Source: Eledone cirrhosa (Eukaryota). Taken from it: a stretch of 64,000 bases of DNA. The DNA is taken from NCBI GenBank assembly GCA_964016885.1, contig OZ024756.1, positions 7,750,001 to 7,814,000 on the forward strand. Reading direction: 5' to 3'. Shown piece by piece: positions 14,391-30,221 of this stretch (the stretch's first letter is position 1; each line of letters starts with the position of its first letter). The position numbers and the translations under genes were made by a program. Below the pieces are notes generated by a model. That model was not told where the DNA came from. It made no database searches and worked only from the letters and a program-made list of their open reading frames with translations.

Positions 14391-15422
14391 ATATAAAGTT
14401 TTATATATATCATATATGTGGTATTGTTTCTTGTTTCTCTGAATTGAAAAATAATTTCCTTCTATTAACATGTATCGGGATAAGTAATTTAAGAAGTGGT
14501 AACAAGGCAAATATAAAGACAAAATAACTGAACAAAATAAACCAAAAAACATACAGAGCTATCATACTATTCATAGTGTGTTGTTGTACACTGCTGAAAA
14601 TTACTTTCTTTTGCCTATCTTGAAAATATGATTGATGGTAACATTACTGTTAGTAGACAGCCGACAGTTCGTACGCCTACATTCTAATTTCTGAAAATTC
14701 CGAAAAACGACTTTGCTTTTTTGCTTCAGGGGACGATTTTTCAATAAATATCGTTTTGTGTTATTTTCTATTTCTCACATTCTTTCTAGCTGGGTACCAT
14801 TTCTTCTCTTGCTTACATCCATAATTTTCTGGCTTGCATATTTCCATTTTTGTTTTAGTATTTTCTGTACTGTTTATTTTTCATTGTTTGTTTTTTTGTT
14901 GTTTTGTTGTTGTATTTTCATCTAAACCTCATCATTTTCCATTTTCTCGGTTTTTTTCTTCAAGTTTCCTTATTTTCTTTCTTTCTACATTTCTTTAGTA
15001 TTTCATTCACTCGTTTTGTAATCCGCCATTTTTTATACGTCATCAACAAATTATAATCCGGTTTGATTTGAAACCAATTATACTAATTTGTTTCGAGATT
15101 GGAATAAATTTTATTCCAATGTCATTGCTGTTACATTGTGATATTTACCTGATCAAAAGTTTTACCACACTCTGCCTCAGGATACAGAGCTTTAAATATA
15201 AACATAAGTAGCATTGTACAAAGACTGATTGTATACAGGCATGGTCCCGTCACTCCTAATAGAGTCGTGGGGGCGTCATAGTTGCGTAGGACGTTTTACA
15301 GGGCATTTTAAGCCTGTCACCGCCCACCCCTCTCTCTCTCTCTCCAGGTCTGAACTTTGCCTGAAATTCTTTCGAATTCGATAAAAACGTACAAGTCCAG
15401 TAGTGGTGTCGCCTCCTCTTCT

Positions 15423-15462
<40 letters not shown>

Positions 15463-15594
15463 TATATATACTTGCAGAAATCGGTACAGGAGATATGATC
15501 CGCCATGTTTAAGATATTCATGAGACGCTGCATGCTACTACTGCGCCCCAAGTACCCTCATCAGGTATCAGGTCCATTCACATACTACATTATA

Positions 15595-15754
15595 CAGGCT
15601 GTACCAAAGTCTATATTTTTTAACAAATGACCATATAAGCATGCGGAAACTTGTACAACACATGCCTGAATATAAAGTTTTGTAAAGTTATTTACATATT
15701 AACCATTTGTAAAAATTGTAAATAAAATCAGATGATTATTTTTTATACACCCTG
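15595..15754. mobile_element. Tc1/mariner-type MITE
   Basis: TA|CAGGCTGTACCAAA...TTTTATACACCCTG|TA: imperfect TIRs with TA target duplication. Confidence 0.7.
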
Positions 15755-15994
15755 TACTTCATACTGTATGGAAGAGATTCTCACAGTGTGTGGTACAGCC
15801 CCCGGGGGGTCTAGGGGAGCGGTGGGGCGGTAGAAATGATACAATAGTATATTAAATATCAAATAATACATAGAAACACATTAAAATAAAAAAAATATAC
15901 AATATTTATTTATGCATAGTGTATATTATATTATTTATTATATAATATACACTTATATATTATTTACAATTTTCATGTAGGTAGTATAAAGTAT

Positions 15995-16240
15995 CTTAAG
16001 CCAGAAGGCTCATTAGGACGGTGCTTATTCCGGGTTCATGGTGTGAAGCGACTGAGAGTACAAGATTTCTCCTGGACAGGACGCCAGTCCATCGCAGAGT
16101 TAAACCCCCAGCTATTGCTGGCACTCATTTTCAGCTGAGTATACTGGAGCAACGTAAAATGAAGTGTTTTGCTCAAGAACACAACAGGCAACCGAGGAAT
16201 CGAACCCACAACATTATGATCGTAAGTCCCACGCGCCTCC
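15995..16240 (-). mobile_element. Second tRNA-derived SINE family
   Basis: Minus strand has B-box GGTTCGATTCC followed by GTGTTCTTGAGCAAAACACTT, a common SINE central segment. Confidence 0.7.
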
Positions 16241-16388
16241 ACGTGCGTGTAGGCAGGTCTCTCTGGAAATAAAGTTGAGGGCACTGAAGGTATTACATGA
16301 CCGCAAGGGTGACAGTGGACCAGAATGTTCGAGTACCTTTGATGTATAGGATACACGTATAAACCGTACAGAGGCGAGATTAAAATTA

Positions 16389-16561
16389 CCGTAAATCCCG
16401 GCGCTGAAGACGCTTCGTTTACGAGCACACACCCGAATTTTGACAACCAAAAAAAGTCTTGGAACAAAATAATAAAAAAAAATTCGGCCTCCAGGACGCA
16501 TGGTAGATTTTTGAGACTTATTTTAGGAAAAAAGTAGCATCTTCGAGGCCGGAAAATATGA
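16389..16561. mobile_element. Tc1/pogo-type MITE
   Basis: TA|CCGTAAATCCCGGC...GCCGGAAAATATGA|TA imperfect TIRs. Confidence 0.55.
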
Positions 16562-16571
16562 TATATATATA

Positions 16572-16636
<65 letters not shown>

Positions 16637-16698
16637 TATATATATATATATTTTTAGTTATGTAATAAATAACATAAGATAATTTATTATTATTATAA

Positions 16699-16769
16699 TA
16701 ATTTTTTTCTGATGAATGAAGACAGACATAAGTGTCAAGCTCTTCAAGAAAACATTGCTAAATGAATTA
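16699..16769 (+). ncRNA. Hammerhead candidate inside a 34-bp inverted repeat (16651-16684 / 16769-16802)
   Basis: CTGATGA-a-tgaaga..tcttca-a-GAAA-acattgc-TA; stem I is weak. Confidence 0.5.
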
Positions 16770-17237
16770 ATTATCTTATGTTGTTTATTACATAACTAAA
16801 AAGCTCTGAAGCCTACATAGAGCACTCTCTTTTCCTTTACCTTTCCTACGGAAACACTTCATTTATATATATATATATTCTTCCCTACGGTAGAAAAATC
16901 TTTGGTCATTTGAACGGCTGCTATTTTTAGTAGCAGTACATTGACCTGTCCACCTAGCCTTTGCTTTTGCACACGGTACCAGGCAGAATTGTTTCATCCC
17001 TCATTCACTCTCATCCGGGAACAATTGTGTGTGACACCAGTTTGTGTTTGGAACTCGAGAATTTTATATTCTCCGAGAGAGAAAAGCCTTCTGACGACGA
17101 TCTATTTCTCAATGGAAAAACCGGTTGGATTATCTGTTTATTTTGGGATCAGAAAACGCGGTAAAGGCACATATAGTAAGTACATTAAAAAATGTTTAAA
17201 TTTATTTTAAAACTTTTTCTCTATTTGCTTGACCTTG

Positions 17238-17326
<89 letters not shown>

Positions 17327-17330
<4 letters not shown>

Positions 17331-17726
17331 ATACTTGGGAAGGGTCATATTGTTGTAATAATATTGCCAGAAATAATAACGGAACACACTCACTGTCTGG
17401 ATGGTTTTCGCATCTGTATCTTTTATATCTCGATAGTTAATTCATTTGGCGATCAATGTTTATCATTGACTGACCAACGGTCAAAAATACAGATATAAAT
17501 ACATATATATAGTCTACGAAAAAAGTTCTTTCGTTGCACATCTGTAACATCATCAGAAAAATGGCGTAGACATACAATACAACAAGAGGCAACATAATAG
17601 TACCACTGATGATGTTGCAGATGTGCAACGAAAGAACTTTTGTTAGATTATATATATGTATTTATATCTGTATTTTTGACCGTTGGTCAGTCAATGATAA
17701 ACATTGAGGGCCAAATGAATCAACTA
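17327..17726. mobile_element. Head-to-head pLTR pair with HHRs at 17512-17571 (minus) and 17606-17650 (plus)
   Basis: CTGATGA-t-gttgca/tgcaac-GAAA-gaac-TT; same family as 7455-7910. Confidence 0.8.
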
Positions 17727-17799
17727 GAGGCACTCCGTCGTAACCGACGGAGTGCCTCTAGGTTAGATAAAAGTAAGAAAAATAGAGAGAGAAGGAGAT

Positions 17800-18180
17800 T
17801 TAGAGGTTGAAATATATTAATGTTGATAAAGAGATGTTGAGTGGGATTTAAGCAAATGGAGATGGTGAGAATTATGAATCATGAGATTTGTGCAGGATAA
17901 GGAATGGATAAACATAATTGTAGGAAGACCGTGTTTGGCTAGATGGCTATGAGAGGAGAGGCAGAGTAAATGATGCTTTGAGAGGGTGTTAATAAGGAAT
18001 GTTGGAGAACATAGACGACCGGTCGGGGTCAGAAACAATATAGGGTGATGGTTAGATGAAAGGTATGAGATAGCTAGGAAGAGAATTTCCCAGGAAGAGG
18101 TCGGATTAGAAATAGTGTGTGAGAAAAAGTTACAGAGAATGCAAGGTGGAATGATAAAAAGTGAGATAAAAGCAGGCAGC
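17800..18180 (-). pseudogene. Highly degenerate PLE RT palm/thumb fragment
   Basis: WEILFLAIS..., KHHLLCLSSHSHLAKHGLP resemble the FLD and Y.S.HP..K..IP segments of PLE RT. Confidence 0.45.
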
Positions 18181-18884
18181 TAAAATGGAACGAAATTACA
18201 CTTGGAGAAAATAAAGAATACGCCAGATAGACAGACAGACAGATATATAGATAACTACATAGATTAACAGAAATACTGACAATATATATATACTATCTTA
18301 TCAAGTATTTGACCAATCACAGTTTGTATTAGGATAAGTGTTACAAAGATTGATTTTCTGGACTTTAATATTCCATCTAGTAAAAGATCTCCTAAGCGTA
18401 AGATAGTCTACGTTAGCCAGGGAATTGCTTTTCTCCACGAATCAATCGGCCATCTTAACTCTATTTGTTTCTCTATCAGACGCCATTCCCATGAAGTGTT
18501 CTGTTCTTAATCCTTCGTTTTCTTAGCCTATTAGAGAAATAGATTACGTTAGATTCCAGCAAACCTCTTCTTCTATAAGTCAACACAGGTCTTCAGCTTA
18601 CCCAATATACATTTTCCTTATTTTACAATATATTCCAATTTCAGTCGGGAGAATGAATTGAATGGAAAAAGGTTGATGATGGAAACCAAAATGGAGAAGA
18701 TAGCGTCATTAGAATGTATGATAGAATGAATTTGACAGAGATATTAGAGGGAACTAAGCCGTATATACCTGGTATCGACTCTAAAACTGATACTAATCAC
18801 AGTTATTCCCCTTTAATGATGTCACTCTTCATTTAATGACATTTTCGACAGAGAAATTATAATATATTCGTGTTGGCACAAGTG

Positions 18885-20030
<1,146 letters not shown>

Positions 20031-20301
20031 TGCCAATCGAAGAAGAAGGAACTAGAAGGGAAATGACCAGTTATTGGCCAGTGTTGTCAGATTGATTTCT
20101 GTGTAATTGTAACTGTCATATAGTTGTGGAAGTAATGGTGGTGCGGTCAGTGATAGATGTTTATTATAGACAGCAGCATGACAGTGATAAGGGTGTAGAA
20201 ATAGCGGATATACTGGTAATTAGGGCCTCGATAGACCGCTAGAAATAGATATTATTGATGTGATATAGGAAATATCTTATCATTAAGTCAGGGCAGTCAA
20301 G

Positions 20302-23300
20302 AGGATGGTGGTAAGGATGGTGGTAAGATGGTGGTAAGGATGGTGGTAAGCATGGTGGTAAGATGGTGGTAAGGATGGTGGTAAGCATGGTGGTAAGATG
20401 GTGGTAAGGATGGTGGTAAGGATGGTGGTAAGATGGTGGGAAGGATGGTGGTAAGGATGGTGGTAAGGATGGTGGTAAGATGGTGGGAAGGATGGTGGTA
20501 AGATGGTGGTAAGATGGTGGTAAGGATGGTGGTAAGCATGGTGGTAAGGATGGTGGTAAGCATGGTGGTAAGGATGGTGGTAAGGATGGTGGTAAGATGG
20601 TGGGAAGGATGGTGGTAAGGATGGTGGTAAGCATGGTGGTAAGCATGGTGGTAAGGATGGTGGTAAGGATGGTGGTAAGGATGGTGGTAGGGATGGTGGT
20701 AAGGATGGTGGTAAGGATCGTGGGCAGGATGGTGGTAAGATGGTGGTAAGATGGTGGTAAGGATGGTGGTAAGGATGGTGGTAAGCATGTGGTAAGCATG
20801 GTGGTAAGGATGGTGGTAAGCATGGTGGTAAGGGTGGTGGTAAGGATGGTGGTAAGCATGGTGGTAAGGATGGTGGTAAGATGGTGGTAAGATGGTGGTA
20901 GGATGGTGGGAAGATGGTGGGAAGGATGGTGGTAAGATGGTGGGAAGGATTGTGGTAAGATGGTGGTAAGGATGGTGGTAAGATGGTGGTAAGATGGTGG
21001 TAAGGATGGTGGTAAGATGGTGGTAAGGATGGTGGTAAGGATGGTGGTAAGATGGTGGTAAGATGGTGGTAAGATGGTGGTAAGATGGTGGTAAGGATGG
21101 TGGTAAGATGGTGGTAAGGATGGTGGTAAGGATGGTGGTAGGATGGTGGTAAGGATGGTGGTAAGGATGGTGGTAAGGATCGTGGGCAGGATGGTGGTAA
21201 GATGGTGGTAAGATGGTGGTAAGATGGTGGTAAGGATGGTGGTAAGGATGGTGGTAAGCATGTGGTAAGCATGGTGGTAAGGATGGTGGTAAGCATGGTG
21301 GTAAGGGTGGTGGTAAGGATGGTGGTAAGCATGGTGGTAAGGATGGTGGTAAGATGGTGGGAAGGATGGTGGTAAGTATGGTGGTAAGATGGTGGGAAGG
21401 ATGGTGGTAAGGATGGTGGTAAGGATGGTGGTAGGATGGTGGTAAGGATGGTGGTAAGGATGGTGGTAAGGATGGTGGTAAGCATGGTGGTAAGGATGGT
21501 GGTAAGGATGGTGGTAAGGATGGTGGTAAGGATGGTGGTAGGATGGTGGTAAGGATGGTGGTAAGGATGGTGGTAAGATGGTGGAAAGATGGTGGGCAGG
21601 ATGGTGGTAAGGATGGTGGTAGGATGGTGGTAAGATAGTGGTAAGATTGTGGTAAGGATGGTGGTAAGATGGTGGGAAGGATGGTGGGAAGGATGGTGGT
21701 AAGGATGGTTGTAAGATAGTGGTAAGATTGTGGTAAGGATGGTGGTAAGATGGTGGGAAGGATGGTGGTAAGGATGGTGGTAAGGATGGTGGTAAGGATG
21801 GTGGTAAGGATGGTGGGAAGGATGGTGGTAGATGGTGGTAAGATGGTGGTAAGGATGGTGGTAAGGATGGTGGGCAGGATGGTGGTAAGGATGGTGGTAA
21901 GATGGTGGAAAGATGGTGGGCAGGATGGTGGTAAGGATGGTGGTAGGATGGTGGTAAGGATGGTGGTACGGATGGTGGGCAGGATGGTGGTAAGGATGGT
22001 GGTAAGGATGGTGGGAAGGATGGTGGTGAGGATAGTGGTAAGATGGTGGTAAGATGGTGGTAAGATGGTGGTAGGATTGTGGTAAGATGGTGGAAGGATG
22101 GTGGGAAGGATGGTGGTAAGGATGGTGGTGAGGATAGTGGTAAGATGGTGGGAAGATGGTGGGAAGGATGGTGGTAAGGATGGTGGTAAGATGGTGGGAA
22201 GGATTGTGGTAAGATGGTGGTAAGGATGGTGGTAAGGATGGTGGTAAGATGGTGGTAAGATGGTGGTAAGATGGTGGTAAGATGGTGGGAAGGATGGTGG
22301 TAAGGATGGTGGTAAGATGGTGGGAAGGATTGTGGTAAGATGGTGGTAAGGATGGTGGTAAGGATGGTGGTAAGATGGTGGTAAGATGGTGGTAAGATGG
22401 TGGGAAGGATGGTGGTAGGGATGTTGGTAAGATGGTGGTAAGATGGTGGTAAGATGGTGGTAAGATGGTGGTAAGATGGTGGTAAGATGGTGGGAAGGAT
22501 GGTGGTAAGATGGTGGTAAGATGGTGGGAAGGATGGTGGTAAGGATGGTGGTAAGATGGTGGGAAGGATTGTGGTAAGATGGTGGTAAGGATGGTGGTAA
22601 GGATGGTGGTAAGATGGTGGTAAGATGGTGGTAAGATGGTGGGAAGGATGGTGGTAGGGATGTTGGTAAGATGGTGGTAAGATGGTGGTAAGATGGTGGT
22701 AAGATGGTGGTAAGATGGTGGTAAGATGGTGGGAAGGATGGTGGTAAGATGGTGGTAAGATGGTGGGAAGGATGGTGGTACGGATGGTGGGCAGGATGGT
22801 GGTAAGGATGGTGGTAAGGATGGTGGGAAGGATGGTGGTGAGGATAGTGGTAAGATGGTGGTAAGATGGTGGTAAGATGGTGGTAGGATTGTGGTAAGAT
22901 GGTGGGAAGGATGGTGGGAAGGATGGTGGTAAGGATGGTGGTGAGGATAGTGGTAAGATGGTGGGAAGATGGTGGGAAGGATGGTGGTAAGGATGGTGGT
23001 AAGATGGTGGGAAGGATTGTGGTAAGATGGTGGTAAGGATGGTGGTAAGGATGGTGGTAAGATGGTGGTAAGATGGTGGTAAGATGGTGGTAAGATGGTG
23101 GGAAGGATGGTGGTAAGGATGGTGGTAAGATGGTGGGAAGGATTGTGGTAAGATGGTGGTAAGGATGGTGGTAAGGATGGTGGTAAGATGGTGGTAAGAT
23201 GGTGGTAAGATGGTGGTAAGATGGTGGGAAGGATGGTGGTAAGGATGGTGGTAAGATGGTGGGAAGGATTGTGGTAAGATGGTGGTAAGGATGGTGGTAA

Positions 23301-25135
23301 GGATGGTGGTAAGATGGTGGTAAGATGGTGGTAAGATGGTGGGAAGGATGGTGGTAGGGATGTTGGTAAGATGGTGGTAAGATGGTGGTAAGATGGTGGT
23401 AAGATGGTGGTAAGATGGTGGTAAGATGGTGGGAAGGATGGTGGTAAGATGGTGGTAAGATGGTGGGAAGGATGGTGGTAAGGATGCTGGTAGGATGGTG
23501 GTAAGGATAGTGGTAAGGATGGTTGGAAGGATGGTGGTAAGATGGTGGGAAGGATTGTGGTAAGATGGTGGAAAGATGGTGGGCAGGATGGTGGTAAGGA
23601 TGGTGGTAGGATGGTGGTAGGATGGTGGTAAGGATGGTGGTAAGGATGGTTGGAAGGATGGTGGTAGGATGGTGGTAAGATGGTGGTAAGATGGTGGTAA
23701 GGATGGTGGTAAGATGGTGGGAAGATGGTGGTAAGATGGTGGTAAGATGGTGGTAAGATGGTGGTAGGATGGTGGTAAGATGGTGGGAAGGATGGTGGGA
23801 ATGATGGTGGTAAGGATGGTGGTGAGGATAGTGGTAAGATGGTGGGAAGGGTGGTAGTAAGATGGTGGGAAGGATGGTGGGAAGGATGGTGGTAAGATGG
23901 TGGGAAGGATGGTGGGAAGGATGGTGGGAAGGATGGTGGTAAGATGGTGGTAAGATGGTGGTAAGATGGTGGGAAGGATGGTAGTAAGATGGTGGGAAGG
24001 ACGGTGGTAAGGATGGTGGTAAGGATGGTGGTAAGATGGCGGTAAGATGGTGGTAAGGATGGTGGTAGGATGGTGGTAATGATGGTGGTAAGGATGGTGG
24101 TAAGATGGTGGTAAGATGGTGGTAAGATGGTGGGAAGGATGGTAGTAAGATGGTGGTAAGAACGGTGGTATTAATGGTGGTAATGATGGTGGTAAGGATG
24201 GTGGTAGGATGGTGGTAAGGATGGTGGTAATGATGGTGGTATGATGGTGGTAAGGATGGTGGTAAGGATGGTGGGCAGGATGGTGGTAAGGATGGTGGGA
24301 AGGATGGTGGGAAGGATGGTGGTAAGGATGGTGGTAAGATGGTGGCAAGATGGTGGTAAGGATGGTGGTAAGATGGTGGTAAGATGGTGGTAAGATGGTG
24401 GTAAGATGGTGGGAAGGATGGTAGTAAGATGGTGGTAAGAACGGTGGTAATAATGGTGGTAATGATGGTGGTAAGGATGGTGGTAGGATGGTGGTAAGGA
24501 TGGTGGTAATGATGGTGGTATGATGGTGGTAAGGATGGTGGTAAGGATGGTGGGCAGGATGGTGGTAAGGATGGTGGGAAGGATGGTGGGAAGGATGGTG
24601 GTAAGGATGGTGGTAAGATGGTGGCAAGATGGTGGTAAGGATGGTGGTAAGATGGTGGTAAGATGGTGGTAAGATGGTGGGAAGGATGGTGGTAAGAACG
24701 GTGGTAAGAATGGTGGTAAGAATGGTGGTAATGATGGTGGTAAGGACGGTGGCAAGGATGGTGGCAAGGATGGTGGTAAGGATGGTGGTAAGATGGTGGT
24801 AAGATGGTGGTAAGATGGTGGGAAGGATGGTGGTAAGGATGGTGGTAAGCATGGTGGTAAGGATGGTGGTAAGGATGGTTGTAAGGATGGTAATAAGGAT
24901 GGTGGTAAGGATGGTGATAAGGATGGTGGTAAGGATGGTGGTAAGGATGGTGATAAGGATGGTGGTAAGGATGGTGGTAAGGATGGTGGTAAGGATGGTG
25001 GTAAGGATGGTGGTAAGGATGGTGGTAAGGATGGTGATAAGGATGGTGGTAAGGATGGTGATAAGGATGGTGGTAAGGATGGTGGTACGGATGGTGGTAA
25101 GGATGGTGGTAAGGATGGTGGTACGGATGTTGGTA
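20302..25135. repeat. 4.8-kb (GGATGGTGGTAA)/(GATGGTGGTAA) minisatellite
   Basis: 11-12-nt units with recurrent variants and higher-order blocks. Confidence 0.95.
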
Positions 25136-25868
25136 TAAGTTGGGAGCAAATGGAAGGATTTACACGGACTAAATAAGCCTGTATTGCATGACAGAAATAT
25201 ATTCCGGGTTGAGATATTTATGGAAGTACAAATTAGCAACATGGAAGGTAGGAGTCAATGCTGGGATGTGAGGTGATAAGAAGGTGATAAACATAAGGAG
25301 AGAAGAGATTGAGAATTGTAACAGAAATACATAATATGCCAGTGTATATGTATATACATATGTATATATAGATGTATATATATACACGCACACACATATA
25401 TATATATATATTTATATATGGTGGCTGCCAACTCGTTTTCGAGTACGGCCACTACCATATATCCATGTAGGAGAACTCCTACCGATGAGCTGAACGAGTG
25501 TGACTTTTTAGTTCAGCCAGCGACTTGAAAACTCCGGTACAAACACTACACTTGTGACAATTATTGACACATAGTGCTGGGCCCATGGTACCATGTGACG
25601 ACAAGTGCAGAGAGATCTCCAGATATAAAGAAATGCCTGTGCCCTGAAGCTTTTATAGTGATCAAAGGCACAGCACAAAGCCAGTCCCACTCTCTTAACC
25701 AAGATCATATTTACCAAAAAGAAGAACAAGTGAACAAGGGCAAGGGAGCTCTTAAGTGTCAATGGCCATCCAAAATCACCGGGAAAGATGACCCCTTAGC
25801 CTTTGTCAAGGCAGAATTCTAGGAGAAGGAAAACTCTGATATAACACCTGCAACCCTGATGGTATCCA

Positions 25869-26218
<350 letters not shown>

Positions 26219-26229
26219 GTATATATATA

Positions 26230-27000
26230 CGTGGGAAAGTAAAAATCGGAGAATAGACCGTTAAAACATGTTTATTTAAAATATCACCTACGTACGTTTC
26301 GCCCAGTTGTTTTGAATATCTGAGGTATCCAGCAGAGCGCGCGTGCGCTTGAAATGGGGTCGGTCGGGCACAGTTCAGCGGCCGAAGTAGTTCTTTCAAT
26401 ATTGGGAGTGGGGTGGCGTTAGCTGTCAGTCCTTTATCTGCCTGCTTGTTAAATGTTAATGTTGTTGTCTCGCTTGAGTGTGTGTGTGTGTGTGCGTGTG
26501 TTGTTGCCTTGTTCCTCTGTATTGGCAGTGTAGTATGTTTGTATGGTGGAATGCTACTGTGTGTGTGTGTGTGCGTGTGTTGTTGTCTCGCTTGTGTGTG
26601 CGTGTGCGTGTGTTGCTGCATCGTTTGTCAACTTAAACCAGCCACCTCAATTCGCTTCTCTCGGATCGATTGTTTATTTGCGGCTCTATGCGTTTCATAA
26701 AAAGTGGTTCCTTGATACGTAACGTGCCGACGTTTCTTTCAGTCGCTAGAATTGTGACAATGGGCCTTCCGTCTTTGTTTCCGCATTTGTCTATGTGTTT
26801 CCGGAAAGACGAGGCCCTGGTTTTAGTGTGTTCCTTGATCCGGATGTGCAAAGGTCGGATTGCGCTACCTATATAGTATTGGTTGCACTTGTTGCATTCG
26901 ACAAGCGGAGGACACGTTTCGAACCTTTCCGACAGACAACCTTTTCCCCACCCCGGAAAAAAATCCCAGTTGATGTATGTGAATCCGAAATATATAGGGA
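26230..27000 (-). mobile_element. 5'-truncated PLE: GIY-YIG domain + 3' UTR
   Basis: YIG..RPLHIRIKEH..SSFRKH..LRIKE..PQINNRSE; related to 56063-56512. Confidence 0.8.
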
Positions 27001-27039
27001 CAATTAAATCTCTCCCAAGGTAACTCTCTCTCGTGTTGT

Positions 27040-27205
27040 TATTTTATTTTATCCTTTATACTCTTTCCTTCATTCCTCTACACGTCTTATACACACCACG
27101 CATCTCAACGTACACCCACTTACATCTCTCTCTCCACCACCGGATCTTGTTACCCGGAGATTTACCCATTTGCATTGTCGAGGCTTCCAAACGACTTAAA
27201 GATAT
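27040..27205 (+). repeat. Dispersed ~165-bp repeat ending in (TA)n (second copy 57088-57250)
   Basis: The two copies are near-identical and each lies next to a PLE GIY-YIG fragment. Confidence 0.8.
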
Positions 27206-27292
27206 ATATATATGTATATATATATATATACATATGTATATATATGTATATATATATATATATATATATGTACATATATGTATATATGTACA

Positions 27293-27403
<111 letters not shown>

Positions 27404-27404
27404 G

Positions 27405-27437
<33 letters not shown>

Positions 27438-27494
27438 TTATATATATGTATATATATATGTATATATATGTGTACATATATATGTATATATATG

Positions 27495-27579
<85 letters not shown>

Positions 27580-27580
27580 G

Positions 27581-27615
<35 letters not shown>

Positions 27616-27650
27616 GTATATATATGTATATATGTATATATATGTATATA

Positions 27651-27721
<71 letters not shown>

Positions 27722-27732
27722 GTAAATATATG

Positions 27733-27797
<65 letters not shown>

Positions 27798-27820
27798 GTA
27801 TATATATATATGTATATATG

Positions 27821-27908
<88 letters not shown>

Positions 27909-27913
<5 letters not shown>

Positions 27914-27952
27914 ATACTTTGGGAGGGTCATGTTGCCAATAATTCAGAAACG

Positions 27953-27955
<3 letters not shown>
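27909..27955. mobile_element. 47-bp fusion of the two termini of the 33669-40822 element
   Basis: ttgttatactttgggagggtcatgttgccaataa (=33669-33702) joined to ttcagaaacgaaa (=40810-40822), inside (TA)n. Confidence 0.85.
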
Positions 27956-27994
<39 letters not shown>

Positions 27995-27995
27995 G

Positions 27996-28028
<33 letters not shown>

Positions 28029-28266
28029 GTATATATATGTATATATATGCACAAGGATGATGGTGGTTGTCCAGAAATAGCCGTCGAAACGGCTTGCGCT
28101 CTGCCGTCGGGGTCTTGAACCTTTCCTCTATATATATTATATATAAGGTCTAAGGTCTGTCTTTATATATATTTATGTATTTGGCAATATACCGTATGTT
28201 TAATTAAAAACATTTTGAAGACCGTTATGTCAATTACTTCTTTTTTCGGCAAAGGAAGGGAGAGAA

Positions 28267-28307
28267 GCTGACATATTCTGTTTCACACAGTTGGTGATCC
28301 TCAGAGC
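28267..28307 (-). ncRNA. Type I hammerhead ribozyme between 46-bp inverted arms (28178-28223 / 28383-28428)
   Basis: gct-CTGAGGA-t-cac/gtg-t-GAAA-ca/tg-TC-agc, with a canonical GUC cleavage triplet. Confidence 0.75.
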
Positions 28308-28530
28308 ATTTGTCGAAAATTTTAGAGGCTGGATTCTTATAGAATTCCAGTAATAATCACTATTTTAAAAATGATAGCACGAGGTCTTCAAAATGTTTTT
28401 GATTAAACATACAGTATATTGCCAAATATACTATACATACATTCATGGATACATCGCTATTTCAGAGCACCAATCCTAATTGTTATACATACATATATAT
28501 ATGTATAGTATATATAAATATATATATATA

Positions 28531-28626
<96 letters not shown>

Positions 28627-28652
28627 CTATATATATATATAAATATATATAT

Positions 28653-28692
<40 letters not shown>

Positions 28693-28721
28693 CTATATAT
28701 ATATATGTATATATATATAAA

Positions 28722-28822
<101 letters not shown>

Positions 28823-29182
28823 CTATATATATATATATATATATAAATACTATATATATATATATATATAAATACTATATATATATATATATATAAACAC
28901 TATATATATATATATATTATTATATATATATATATACTATATATATATATATATATACTATATATATACTATATATATATATATACTATATATATATATA
29001 TATATACTATATATATATATATATACTATATATATTATATATATATATATATATACTATATATATATATATATACTATATATATATATATATACTATATA
29101 TATATATATATATTATATATATATATATACTATATATATATATACTATATATATATATATATATTATATATATATATATATA

Positions 29183-29252
<70 letters not shown>

Positions 29253-29361
29253 GTATATATATACTATATATATATATATATTATATATATATATATATTA
29301 TATATATATATATATACTATATATATATATTATATATATATATATATATTATATATATATA

Positions 29362-29406
<45 letters not shown>

Positions 29407-29408
29407 AC

Positions 29409-29574
<166 letters not shown>

Positions 29575-29933
29575 TATATATATATATATACTATATATAT
29601 ATATATATATATATACTATATATAAATATATATTATATATATATATATATACTATGTATATATATATATTATATATATATATATATACTATATATATATA
29701 TATTATATATATATATACTATATATATATATATACTATATATATATATATATTATATATATATATATATATACTATATATATATATATATACTATATATA
29801 TATATATATACTATATATATATATATACTATATATATATATATATACTATATATATATATATATACAATCTATATATATATATATATATATATATACTAT
29901 ATATATATACTATATATATATATACTATATATA

Positions 29934-29979
<46 letters not shown>

Positions 29980-30180
29980 TATATATATATATATATATAT
30001 ACTATATATATACTATATATATATATATATACTATATATATACTATATATATATATATTTATACTATATATATATATATACTATATATATACTATATATA
30101 TATATATATACTATATATATATATATATATACTATATATATATATATACTATATATATATATATATATACTATATATATA

Positions 30181-30218
<38 letters not shown>

Positions 30219-30221
30219 TAT

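Noticed and set aside
20239-25242. 1667-aa extensin/mucin-like ORF
   Set aside because: Translation of a minisatellite that drifts between repeat phases; no gene structure.
26286-26330. Further hammerhead-like traces (also 13188-13232, 28049-28100, 6855-6900)
   Set aside because: GAAA and a stem are present but the CTGANGA box or stem I is broken; too degenerate to call.
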